Source: Eubacteriales bacterium (GTDB taxonomy: Bacteria; Bacillota; Clostridia; Oscillospirales; CAG-272). From it: a stretch of 64,000 nt of DNA. Location of the stretch: contig JAZRMT010000127.1 in assembly GCA_045647805.1 (NCBI GenBank), positions 2,817-66,816 on the forward strand, in the 5' to 3' direction. This document shows positions 35,168-44,049 of the stretch, piece by piece. Position 1 is the first letter of the stretch; each line of letters begins with the position of its first letter. The notes under the pieces are model-generated. The model made no database searches. It was not told the DNA's origin and worked only from the letters and a program-made list of their open reading frames with translations. A program made the translations under genes and the position numbers.

Positions 35168-35899
35168 TTATTCAAGCTTGTTGGTTATGATATAATCAAC
35201 GCCCATATCGACCAACATTTCTGCCGTTTCCTTATCATCAATTGTGTAGCAGGTTACTTCAAGCCCCGCAGCATGAAAACGGTCAATCCACTCTTTGGTG
35301 ACGACATTTATTGACATATTTACATCAAATTTATTAAAAAGGATCTTTTCAAACCTGCCTTCTACATCATCACCGGCAGTCTTGAAGGTAAATCCAACCT
35401 TTGCCTCGGGAAGGAATTTTCTCACGCTGAGAAGGTTATCGTAGTAAAAGGAAATAAAGGTAGAGTCATCTATATAATCACACTCACGGACGATATCGAT
35501 TATCAATCTCACATCCTCCTCCGAGAAGGGAGTTTTCAATTCTATAAATGCTCTTTTGCCATATTCCTTACAAATGCCCACGTACTCGGCAAGCGAAAGT
35601 ATCTTGTATCCCTTGTTCTTGGTAGGACCGTTACGCTTGTCGAAGAGAGTTACCTCTTTGATCTCCGCAAGAGTTGAGCCCTCTATTGTGAGGTCAACTC
35701 CCGCTGCCGCAAGAAGATTGGGATCGTGGAAGCAGACGAAGTTTCCGTCGGCGGTCTTTCTGATATCGGTTTCAATGCCGTAGTAAGAGCGTTTCCCCGC
35801 ATAGCGGAAGGCTTCCTCGGTGTTCAGCATCACAATGCCCGCAAGTCCTGCGTGACCTATCATACCTGTGTTTTTATTGTTGATTTTTACGGTATCCAT
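35168..35899 (-). CDS. glycerophosphodiester phosphodiesterase (GDPD) family protein
   Basis: IGHAGLAG, NTEEAF and YGIETDIRKTADGNFVCFHD match the GDPD H/E/D metal-site pattern. No signal peptide. Confidence 0.7.
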   Translation of the reverse strand: MDTVKINNKNTGMIGHAGLAGIVMLNTEEAFRYAGKRSYYGIETDIRKTADGNFVCFHDPNLLAAAGVDLTIEGSTLAEIKEVTLFDKRNGPTKNKGYKILSLAEYVGICKEYGKRAFIELKTPFSEEDVRLIIDIVRECDYIDDSTFISFYYDNLLSVRKFLPEAKVGFTFKTAGDDVEGRFEKILFNKFDVNMSINVVTKEWIDRFHAAGLEVTCYTIDDKETAEMLVDMGVDYIITNKLE

Positions 35900-35925
35900 A
35901 AAACTTAACTCCTTTGGAAGAACTA

Positions 35926-36136
35926 TCTATAAATTGTTTACTACCTCGTCCACACCGTCGCATCCGGCAAAAGCAGAAGAAGTAATCTTTGTGACTCCGC
36001 TTCCAATAGCGACGAATGAAAAATTTTTACAGTTCTCAAACGCCATCTCTTCGATTGAGCTAACGTTATCGGGAACAATAAGGCTTTCTATACAAACAAG
36101 ATTTGAAAAAGCAAATTGCCTCGCGGTTCTTTTGAG
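35926..36136 (-). pseudogene. BspA-type leucine-rich-repeat surface-protein fragment (no start codon)
   Basis: Minus-strand frame reads RQFAFSNLVCIESLIVPDNVSSIEEMAFENCKNFSFVAIGSGVTKITSSAFAGCDGVDEVVNNL*. This is about two LRR_5 repeats. A TGA bounds it just upstream, and there is no initiator or signal peptide. Confidence 0.65.
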
Positions 36137-36144
36137 TCAGGCAT

Positions 36145-38082
36145 TTATTTTGTAGGAAGCCATGCGGCGATCACACTGTCCCACCTTCTGCCTGCGGAGG
36201 CATAATCGACAAGGGTGATAGCTTCGCCGTTTTCGGAGGCAAGCTCGCATTTTATGATGCAGGGTAGGCCGTCTGCCAGCTCTCGGCTTTCAAGGAGGCG
36301 GCACTCTGGGGCAGTGTCAATATCCTTCTTGAAGCTAAAGGCACTTCTCGGATCCTTACCAAGCTTTTCGTCAGCGGCAAGGGTTATCGGACCTCGGGAC
36401 AGTGATACGTAATCGTCGTCCTCGGGCATATGCTGCACAAAAAGCTTCTTGGCAACGTACCACCTATCGTCCGGTACCTTCATATCAGTGTATATTTCAT
36501 CGGTATCCCACTTCTCGGGATAGCTTACTCTTACCGACATATCAAGATCAAGAGTTATCACCTCTTCCCTATCAAAGACACCCTCAAATACTGCATAACC
36601 TCCATTTATCTTATAGCTTCTGTCGGAGGCGATAGCGGTATTCTCAGACCAACCGGGAATTCGGATCATAAGAGAGGTTTCTATCGACGTTTCGGGCTTG
36701 ATAGTCAGTGCAACTCTGCCGCTTCTCGGATAATCTGTGCTAATGCCGACGGTGACATTCTTACCGTTGCGAGAAAGAGCGGTCTCGCCCTCTTCAAAGA
36801 AGTTGACAACGATACCGTCATCACTCTCCAAAACGGCATGGCCTAGGTATACTCCCACACCTGCCGCACCAATACAGGCACAGCAACCATAGTAGCTGTA
36901 ATCCGAAAGGAACTGCACACCGCCAACCGAGAGATGTCCTCTCACGTTAGGGGTGAGGGGGCTATAACTATCGAAGGGAAGGAACGTGGGAGTGGCAATT
37001 ATGCCAATGGTTTTCAAGGAATGCGACTCGATAAAATTACTGTGGCAGTGCTCTGTGTTAAGCGCTCCGAGGTAGGCGTTGAAAAAGGACTTTTCCATAC
37101 AGTCGGCATATGCAGAGTCACCTGTCAGTCTAAGCATAGATCCGCAATACTTCATCCAGGTAACGGTAACGCAGGTCTCCTGCTTCGCCCCCTCATATTT
37201 TGCAGTTTGTCTTGCGCTTGTATGGTCAAAGAGCTCGTGGGTACAACCGCATGAGCCGATGACCGAGAGCTCGGTAGCCATTACGGCACTGCCGAAGTTT
37301 TCTGCCATTGTGCGATATTTTTCAATGCCAGTAACAAGATAATATTCGATTATTCCCTCGAAGCAGGAGATCATTTCGTATGCCTTAGAAACTCCGTACT
37401 GATATGGATTAACCTTATTTTCAAGAGCAAGCTCGAAGATGTTGATACCGAGGGCTCCGCCCTCCTCGATTATGTAGGTTGCATAGTCGAAATACTTCTC
37501 GTCGCCCGTGATGTTATAGAGCTTGACCATAGGCTCGAGGATAGAAGAGGAATTCAGACCGTACCATGCACTCGATGCCTCGGTAATGGGCATCTTTCCC
37601 TCACCCATTCCAAGATGTGCGATAATATAATCGGCACAGCCCCTCATGAAGGAAACTATCTCACTTTTAAGCTCCTCATCCCTACATATTTCATAGAAAT
37701 ACTCCATTCCGAGAAGTACGTACTTTCTCGACCAGACGTCCCAGCTTCTGAACTCGGTATCTTTCGAATAGGATGATACTCTGCCGTCTTGCTCTGCGGT
37801 TGTGAGAAGATCCTTAACAGTCTCGGTGAGAACCTCGTAAAGCTCCTCGTCCCTTGCGTACTCGTAGACAAAGATAGCACCTCTGATCATTTTGCCCCAA
37901 TATTCACCTCGCCAACCGCCGTTGGTTCCGTCACGTTGCTCTCTGAACTGATCGACGAACTTTTTCCACTGTACCTTATCAAGTAAGGCGTCGTTTATAA
38001 GATAGCGGACTGCTGCATTTGCCTCGCCCGAATAATTTTGTTTTTTCTTAGATGCCGTAAGCCTCTGTGTTCCTTTTTTCAT
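36145..38082 (-). CDS. GH127-like (DUF1680) beta-L-arabinofuranosidase family protein
   Basis: KQETCVTVTWMKY (E-x-C) and YYGCCACIGAAG (Cys-Cys) resemble the Zn/Cys catalytic motifs of GH127. 645 aa, no signal peptide. Confidence 0.6.
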   Translation of the reverse strand: MKKGTQRLTASKKKQNYSGEANAAVRYLINDALLDKVQWKKFVDQFREQRDGTNGGWRGEYWGKMIRGAIFVYEYARDEELYEVLTETVKDLLTTAEQDGRVSSYSKDTEFRSWDVWSRKYVLLGMEYFYEICRDEELKSEIVSFMRGCADYIIAHLGMGEGKMPITEASSAWYGLNSSSILEPMVKLYNITGDEKYFDYATYIIEEGGALGINIFELALENKVNPYQYGVSKAYEMISCFEGIIEYYLVTGIEKYRTMAENFGSAVMATELSVIGSCGCTHELFDHTSARQTAKYEGAKQETCVTVTWMKYCGSMLRLTGDSAYADCMEKSFFNAYLGALNTEHCHSNFIESHSLKTIGIIATPTFLPFDSYSPLTPNVRGHLSVGGVQFLSDYSYYGCCACIGAAGVGVYLGHAVLESDDGIVVNFFEEGETALSRNGKNVTVGISTDYPRSGRVALTIKPETSIETSLMIRIPGWSENTAIASDRSYKINGGYAVFEGVFDREEVITLDLDMSVRVSYPEKWDTDEIYTDMKVPDDRWYVAKKLFVQHMPEDDDYVSLSRGPITLAADEKLGKDPRSAFSFKKDIDTAPECRLLESRELADGLPCIIKCELASENGEAITLVDYASAGRRWDSVIAAWLPTK

Positions 38083-38111
38083 ATTAATACTCCGTTTTTT
38101 AGGGTACCACT

Positions 38112-38140
38112 AATATAACATACTTTTTCGGCATTGTCAA
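38112..38140 (-). promoter_or_regulatory. extended -10 sigma-A promoter of the GH127-like gene
   Basis: Minus strand: TTGACA (38140-38135), 17-nt spacer ending in TGt, TATATT (38117-38112). Confidence 0.6.
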
Positions 38141-38146
38141 TAGTAC

Positions 38147-38190
38147 AAATAAAAAGGAGAAGACCGTTGGATTTCTCCAAGGACTTCTCC
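38147..38190 (-). terminator. terminator of the 1125-aa gene
   Basis: Minus strand: GGAGAAG, 21-nt loop, CTTCTCC, followed by TTTTTATTT. Confidence 0.5.
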
Positions 38191-38233
38191 CGATTAAACC
38201 TATTTTGCCTTGTAAGGCAGTTTGATGAAAACG

Positions 38234-41200
38234 TCAGATCAGCTTAATAATTGCCGATTCGTGCTGACGAAGGATGACTACCACGCCGTCAAGTCTGCCC
38301 GTTCTTGAGATAAGCTTGCGAACAGGCTTGCCGTCAAGGCAGACACAGTCGGTATAATCCTTGTTGAGAGTTATCTCATACTCTCTCTCGAGATTAAGCT
38401 CGGACTGATCGTGGCGGGAATAGTCTATCGCGAGAAGTAACTCGTTTCCGCTCTCATCACGAGCAAGGGTAATACCGCACTTGTTGTCGGAGGTGGCTAG
38501 GGGTAAGGTAAGCTCTCTGAGAATCCTTGCGGTAGTTTCGTAATAGAGATCGGAGTTGGTCGCTCTGCCGAGGTAAGCGTGCTCCTTGAAGTGGATACGT
38601 CCTACCGAATACGCAGGCAGGTTCAGAAGGGCGGTTCTTCCGTAGGTGAAGTATACGGGATTGCCCGAAGCGGTCATTCTGACGTTAGCTCCTGCCGACT
38701 TATAATTAAAGGTCTCACTGAAGGGATAAACGTCCTCACAGTTTCCGTCTGCCTCAAGGGTATACATTCTCTTTTCTTCGGGAGAATACTCTACTCCAAA
38801 GAGATCTTCAAGTCCGTCGATACGGCTTGTTGCGAAGAGAGAAACGCCATTTTTGTAAAGTTCTCTTAGCTTTTCAAGCCTTTCATCGGACAATCCGACA
38901 GTTGTGGGAAGCACGATAAGATCGGTATCCTCAGGTGTCAAGGTGTCAAGAGCTTCCCATGCGGCAAAGGAGCCCATGGGGAGTCCAAAGAGGCGCGCGG
39001 TCTCATAAAGATGGGCAAGTCCCTCCTCCGAGGGGTTATAAACCGCGTGCTGAAGATTGTCGGGAACAAACTCGGTCTCGTAGTAGTCTTCGTGCTCGGG
39101 GAACTCGGCAAAGAACACCGGGCTCTTCATAAGCGACTTCGGCTTATGGCGAAGAATGTACTTCCAATCCTTCACGAAAACATCGTCCTGCATTTCGGGA
39201 TGATCGGCGTGCATAAAGCCATAGGTGTCCCAGAAGCGGTAGCCATCCTTAGTCTTTACCGCTGCGTTATAGGCGTAGTCTCTTGAAAGAGTGGTATTAA
39301 ACCAAAGGGGCATATCATACTTTCCGAGAGGGGGATTTGCATGCTTGACGTGACCGTCGATACAACCTCCGATAGCCGACTTATATTGTTCGGGATAGAT
39401 GACGAGCCTCGGGAATTTCGCAAGGAAGGTACCTACACCGAAGGGGCCTCTTAATGTCTGATACGCACAGGATGCGGGATAGTCCTCAAACTGACAGAAG
39501 CCGGTGAACAGCTCGTCGGAGAGGAAGTCTGAAACGTTGAAGCCGTAGGTCCTTGCCAACGGGTAGGAGCGAAGCATCGTAGCATAGATGTTGATAGGTC
39601 CGTAGTGGGCTCTTTTCCACTTGGGGTTTATCTCGGAAAAGGCTTTATTCTGTGCTCTGAAGCAGGCATCTATTGCCGCCCCCGCATAGTCGTACCACTC
39701 GTGCTGATAATACTTATAAAGGTTATCAAGAGCCTCCTGTGTCATCTCACCGCCTCTGACAAAGCCTACCTTATCTCTTGCGCCCTCGGACTCTCTCTCG
39801 TCAAGGAATTTGTCAAGAAGGTCGCGTAGCTCGGGCATAGAGGGCCAACAAAAGCCCGACATATAGTCGCATCTTAAAGAGCCCCACTGATAATCCTGGG
39901 GATAGGAAATGTAATCGGCGTTCTTGACTATATCAAGATGATCCTTGTAGTTGCAGGAATATCTGTCACCGTATGGACGCTGATTAAGCCAGACGTACCA
40001 TTTTCTGCCGAATTTCTTGATTACCTCCCAAACTCTTTTCCTGTCTCCGATGTAAGGAAGGAATGCGGAAAGCGCGTAAAAATGTTCGGTGTTGTCCGCT
40101 CTGCCGGGATTCCAAGGATCAAACTTATCTCTGTCAAGATACTTCTGCTCGTTGGGGGTTGAGAAAAGCACGGGAAGTCCGGACTCAAGAGGCGGACACT
40201 TTTTGCCTTCCTTGTCAAAGACCTCGAATACTACGTTGAGTTCACGGAATAATTCGCCGCCGTAGTAAACGAACAGATGGACTCGGTAAACCCCTACTGG
40301 GAGGGGAGCGTGAGTCATTCTGTCATTTTCGTCAATAGAAAACTCTTCCATTAACTCGTCAAAGACGTTGCGAAGTTCCGCTTTGTAGGTTATATATTTC
40401 TTTTCTGTGTTGGTATAGATAGCGAAGGATATTTCCTCGTCCTCTGCGAAGAAATGACCTCGACGGAAGTGGTCACGGACAACCTCTGCTTCATAGACAG
40501 TATCCTCTATCATTCCGACAGCGTACTTATCCTCGGGGGAGCGAAGCTCAAAGGTGTCGGGGAATGTGGTTTTACCGAGATATTTTCCGTCTTTCGAGAA
40601 ATTATATTCTCCTTTGCCCTCTTGCATAACGTAGCCCTTTACCCAGCAGTGCTCATAGCCGAAGGAATAGTTTGAATCGGTGTTATTTACCGGTACGGTA
40701 AGTGAAACGGGAAAATCGACCATTCCGAGGAATACGTCGAGTATTCCCTTCCAGTGCATACCGTCAGAGGTGTTGATGTTGCCCATTGAGAAGTAGAATT
40801 TTTCTCCACCGTATGTGAAGTAGGGGCGTGTCATATACCACTGCTCAACAACATACTGACTTCTTGTTCCGTGGGGATCGTAATAGGGGTAATTCTCTCT
40901 GTACTGTGGGCCGCCGTCGAGGGTTGCTTTCAGATAACGCTTCTCACCGCATTCGTAGAGCTCATACTCCATTGTTAAGGGCATCGTACCTCCCTCAAGC
41001 ATGGGAACCTCTACCTTCACGGGGGGATTTATTGTTTTTGTTTCTAAGTCAGCAGAAAATCTTGCCGACTGATAGATTATTTCTCCGATAAAGTTCGGTC
41101 TGCCAAAGCCTGTGGCACCGCTTCTCACGGAAACCTCGAATTTTATTGCCTCTGCATGCTCGGATTTTACGGTAAGACCGCTTTTATCGGCGGTGAGTTT

Positions 41201-41611
41201 TGCTCTGCAAAGCTCACCTACTGCGGGGAAGAAGTCGGTTGGTACGCTTTTCGTAATCTCACACTCTGTTCTATCGTCGGTAAGAGTTCTGAGGGTGACC
41301 TCAAATGTCTTATCTATCTTTTTCCACTTAAGGATAAGCTCATAGCCTGAGTGTCCCACTCTTTCGTAGCCCGAGTAGAGGGTTGCTCCCGCAAAATCGG
41401 TTATATAGTTAAATGAAAACTCATAGTCTACACTATATTCCTTCACCGTCGGAACCTTAAGAAAATACTTGTTTCCGCAGGCGGCTATTGCCATTCCCTG
41501 TTCAACCGGGCGTATGTGCTTATGCCAAAGGTGGTTACATGCCTCGATTTCTATTCCGTACGGCTTGTAATTTTCGTCATATAGCTTGAAGCTTTCGTTA
41601 AAAATAAACAT
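38234..41611 (-). CDS. 1125-aa cytoplasmic protein of unknown family; C-terminal third resembles the GH42-type trimerisation (GATase1-like) domain
   Basis: Uninterrupted ORF with its own promoter and terminator. No signal peptide, TM helix or catalytic motif that I recognise. DLIVLPTTVGLSDERLEKLRELYKNGVSLFATSRIDGLEDLFGV is reminiscent of Glyco_hydro_42M. Confidence 0.7.
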   Translation of the reverse strand: MFIFNESFKLYDENYKPYGIEIEACNHLWHKHIRPVEQGMAIAACGNKYFLKVPTVKEYSVDYEFSFNYITDFAGATLYSGYERVGHSGYELILKWKKIDKTFEVTLRTLTDDRTECEITKSVPTDFFPAVGELCRAKLTADKSGLTVKSEHAEAIKFEVSVRSGATGFGRPNFIGEIIYQSARFSADLETKTINPPVKVEVPMLEGGTMPLTMEYELYECGEKRYLKATLDGGPQYRENYPYYDPHGTRSQYVVEQWYMTRPYFTYGGEKFYFSMGNINTSDGMHWKGILDVFLGMVDFPVSLTVPVNNTDSNYSFGYEHCWVKGYVMQEGKGEYNFSKDGKYLGKTTFPDTFELRSPEDKYAVGMIEDTVYEAEVVRDHFRRGHFFAEDEEISFAIYTNTEKKYITYKAELRNVFDELMEEFSIDENDRMTHAPLPVGVYRVHLFVYYGGELFRELNVVFEVFDKEGKKCPPLESGLPVLFSTPNEQKYLDRDKFDPWNPGRADNTEHFYALSAFLPYIGDRKRVWEVIKKFGRKWYVWLNQRPYGDRYSCNYKDHLDIVKNADYISYPQDYQWGSLRCDYMSGFCWPSMPELRDLLDKFLDERESEGARDKVGFVRGGEMTQEALDNLYKYYQHEWYDYAGAAIDACFRAQNKAFSEINPKWKRAHYGPINIYATMLRSYPLARTYGFNVSDFLSDELFTGFCQFEDYPASCAYQTLRGPFGVGTFLAKFPRLVIYPEQYKSAIGGCIDGHVKHANPPLGKYDMPLWFNTTLSRDYAYNAAVKTKDGYRFWDTYGFMHADHPEMQDDVFVKDWKYILRHKPKSLMKSPVFFAEFPEHEDYYETEFVPDNLQHAVYNPSEEGLAHLYETARLFGLPMGSFAAWEALDTLTPEDTDLIVLPTTVGLSDERLEKLRELYKNGVSLFATSRIDGLEDLFGVEYSPEEKRMYTLEADGNCEDVYPFSETFNYKSAGANVRMTASGNPVYFTYGRTALLNLPAYSVGRIHFKEHAYLGRATNSDLYYETTARILRELTLPLATSDNKCGITLARDESGNELLLAIDYSRHDQSELNLEREYEITLNKDYTDCVCLDGKPVRKLISRTGRLDGVVVILRQHESAIIKLI

Positions 41612-41632
41612 AGTTTTTCCTTTCTTTTGGGT

Positions 41633-41670
41633 ACAAAAATCCCCTCATGCTTTGATTTTAGCATAAGGGG
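41633..41670 (-). terminator. terminator of the 246-aa gene, overlapping the next promoter
   Basis: Minus strand: CCCCTTATGCT, 8-nt loop, AGCATGAGGGG (one mismatch), followed by ATTTTTGT. Confidence 0.55.
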
Positions 41671-41683
41671 AAATAATTGTCAA
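41655..41683 (-). promoter_or_regulatory. sigma-A promoter of the 1125-aa gene
   Basis: Minus strand: TTGACA (41683-41678), 17-nt spacer, TAAAAT (41660-41655). The -10 lies in the terminator loop. Confidence 0.6.
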
Positions 41684-41748
41684 TAGTTTTTTAAAAATAT
41701 ACTTAATAAGCACTTGGTTTTTTGTGAACATTTATTTGACAAGAGTTT

Positions 41749-42489
41749 TCAGTTATCTGTCATGCGGTAAAGGTAGGCATTCTTGTCTTTGCCGCATTTT
41801 TCGGCTATTTCTACCCTCTCAAGAAGCTTGAGGGAGTAGAACGCCTTACGACGTTTCAGCCCGGTAGCCTTGTTAAAATCGGCAGAGGTAAAGGGGGACG
41901 GAAGAGGAGGCAGGATGCTTCTTAAATCATCCTTTGTTCTTATATCGAATTCTCCGAGAAGCTTTCTTGGCAGACGCTCGATCTTGGTTGCCTTCTTTTT
42001 TCTATCCTTGCCGTAACCGTCAAGATATTTATACTCATCGGCGGCCAAAAGGACTATACGCACAGTCAGACCGTCAGAAAAAAGAATATCGGATATTTTG
42101 GAAAGCTCGGGGAGAAGGTCGGAGCATCTGCCCTTTTTGGGGCTTTTCTTAGGCTCGGTCAGCTCACCGGTTTCCTTATCCAGCCATATCAGCCGTTTTT
42201 CCGCAATTATAGGACAGACGACAGTCACAGTGGATCGCGGTAGAAATTTCTTAAGCTTAGGGATAAGGGGAGTTAAGCTGCCTGTCTGAATTTCAATTAT
42301 TCCCTTATCGTTTTTCACATCACAGACAGAGCCCATAAACGGAACCTCGTGAAGCTCCTCACAAGGCTCATAATACATTTTCAGTATTCTGTGGAGCGAC
42401 TTTTCTGCCAATCTGCCAATGCAGTTTCTTTGTTCATCCTTGACTGTAACGCTGAGATAGGCATCAAGGAATCTTTTTTCGTCTATCAC
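41749..42489 (-). CDS. hypothetical protein; possible PD-(D/E)xK-like nuclease fold with C-terminal winged-helix-like region
   Basis: EKSLHRILKMYYEP...GSVCDVKNDKGIIEIQTGSL has the E...D...E-x-(K/Q) spacing seen in CoiA-like restriction-fold proteins. The basic C-terminus has KRRKAFYSLKLLERVEI. Weak by-eye call. Confidence 0.35.
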   Translation of the reverse strand: MIDEKRFLDAYLSVTVKDEQRNCIGRLAEKSLHRILKMYYEPCEELHEVPFMGSVCDVKNDKGIIEIQTGSLTPLIPKLKKFLPRSTVTVVCPIIAEKRLIWLDKETGELTEPKKSPKKGRCSDLLPELSKISDILFSDGLTVRIVLLAADEYKYLDGYGKDRKKKATKIERLPRKLLGEFDIRTKDDLRSILPPLPSPFTSADFNKATGLKRRKAFYSLKLLERVEIAEKCGKDKNAYLYRMTDN

Positions 42490-42648
42490 CCGTGCACCCT
42501 AAAAACAATTTGTTTTCCTTCATTTTTCATTTATTTTAACACAGGACGTTAGGTTTGTCAATCGAGAAGAGGCTTTTTATGGCATATTACGAATAAAAAG
42601 GAAGAGGTCGGGCAGAATAGAGGCAGTAATAAGGAAAGGATAAGGAAA

Positions 42649-43926
42649 ATGAAAAAAACTATCGTTGTTATTCTGACAGCTCTGCTCGTCATCGGCTCGT
42701 TATCAATAGGAGCTTTTGCCGCATCATCCTACTTCGGATACGGAGCCGAGGTAGTGGCAAGCGACGTCAAAATGGTTAAGACCGGAATTCTCGGTAAAAA
42801 GCTTTGCTTTTCCGATGCCGATTTCAAGTCGGCTCTCTGTATTGCCGACTTTGAAAGTATTACGGTAACCGAAATTCCCTCCTCAACAGAGGGTACTCTG
42901 CTAATAGGGGGCAGACGTGTTGGCGAGGGGAGAGTAATCAAGCAGAAAAATCTTGGTGCTCTGGTATTTGTACCCGCCTCGGACACGGTAAGTGAAGCCC
43001 GCTTCTCATTCTGTGCAGAGGGATATATGGGGGGAGCCGAGATCGAATGCATTATGAAATTCATAGGAAAAGTAAACTATGCACCCGAGATCGACAGCAC
43101 TGCGGCTTTGACAGCGGTGATGACACAAGAAAACATTTCTGTATTCGGTAATCTCAGTGCAACAGACCCCGAAGGAGACGAAATAGAATATATTATCGTT
43201 TCCTACCCCAAGAAGGGTATGACAGAGCTTGTGGACACGGCGACCGGAAGATTCTCCTACACACCAAGCGAGGGCTACACCGGCAAGGATTCCTTCGTTT
43301 ACGTTGCCAGAGATGAGTACGGTAACTATTCCGAGCCTATTAAGGTGAATATTAAGGTAAACGAAAGAATGTGCGACACCGTTTATACCGACATGGAGGG
43401 ACGGGAGGAATACAACGGAGCGGTAGCTATGACAGCGATGGGCGTTATGGGCGGTAAGCTTCTCGGTGATGACCTTTACTTCCTTCCCGACGAGGCGGTC
43501 AGCCGAGCGGAATTCGTGGCTCTCGCTTTAAAGAGTGCCGGCATTAGGGCTGACAGTACCGTGTCATCGACCTATTTTGATGACAATGACGATATTCCCG
43601 TATCGCTTCGCGGCTACGTTGCTACGGCACAAAGACTGGGCTACGTGGGAGGAGACTTTGTTGACGGAAGGCTTCTCTTCTCACCGAATGAGGCGATCAC
43701 AAAATACGAAGCGGCAAGGATCATGGCGGCAATGCTTGGTGCCGACGGAGAAACCGAAGAGAGTGTTTTTGCCGATGACGATGATACGCCGGTGTGGGCA
43801 AGAGCGGGAGTTTCGGCAATGAAGACACTCGGAATCTTCGACGACTGCGATTCGGCTGAGAGCGCATCCGCGGTCACGAGAGCGGACGCGGCGGATTATC
43901 TTTACAGAGTTAGCATGATCAAATAA
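42649..43926 (+). CDS. secreted SLH-domain cell-surface protein with a cadherin/VCBS-like Ig domain
   Basis: Signal peptide MKKTIVVILTALLVIGSLSIGAFA, then DPEGDEIEY...GKDSFVYVARDEYGN. The C-terminal SLH-like repeats include YNGAVAMTAMGVMGG and VSRAEFVALALK. Confidence 0.75.
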   Translation: MKKTIVVILTALLVIGSLSIGAFAASSYFGYGAEVVASDVKMVKTGILGKKLCFSDADFKSALCIADFESITVTEIPSSTEGTLLIGGRRVGEGRVIKQKNLGALVFVPASDTVSEARFSFCAEGYMGGAEIECIMKFIGKVNYAPEIDSTAALTAVMTQENISVFGNLSATDPEGDEIEYIIVSYPKKGMTELVDTATGRFSYTPSEGYTGKDSFVYVARDEYGNYSEPIKVNIKVNERMCDTVYTDMEGREEYNGAVAMTAMGVMGGKLLGDDLYFLPDEAVSRAEFVALALKSAGIRADSTVSSTYFDDNDDIPVSLRGYVATAQRLGYVGGDFVDGRLLFSPNEAITKYEAARIMAAMLGADGETEESVFADDDDTPVWARAGVSAMKTLGIFDDCDSAESASAVTRADAADYLYRVSMIK

Positions 43927-44049
43927 ACGGTTCTCGGCGACTGTCGCGTTCGGGGCATTACTGCTTCGAATTCGGCAGTCTCCGGTGTTTTCACGGTTTT
44001 TCACAAGCTTTTAGCTCAGCGTTTTTTTATTTTCATTATTATCGCTTTA

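Noticed and set aside
35868-36155. A 95-aa plus-strand ORF filling the GDPD / GH127 gap.
   Set aside because: It has no RBS and no recognisable fold. The opposite strand of the same DNA encodes a clear BspA-type LRR remnant, which explains the absence of stops.
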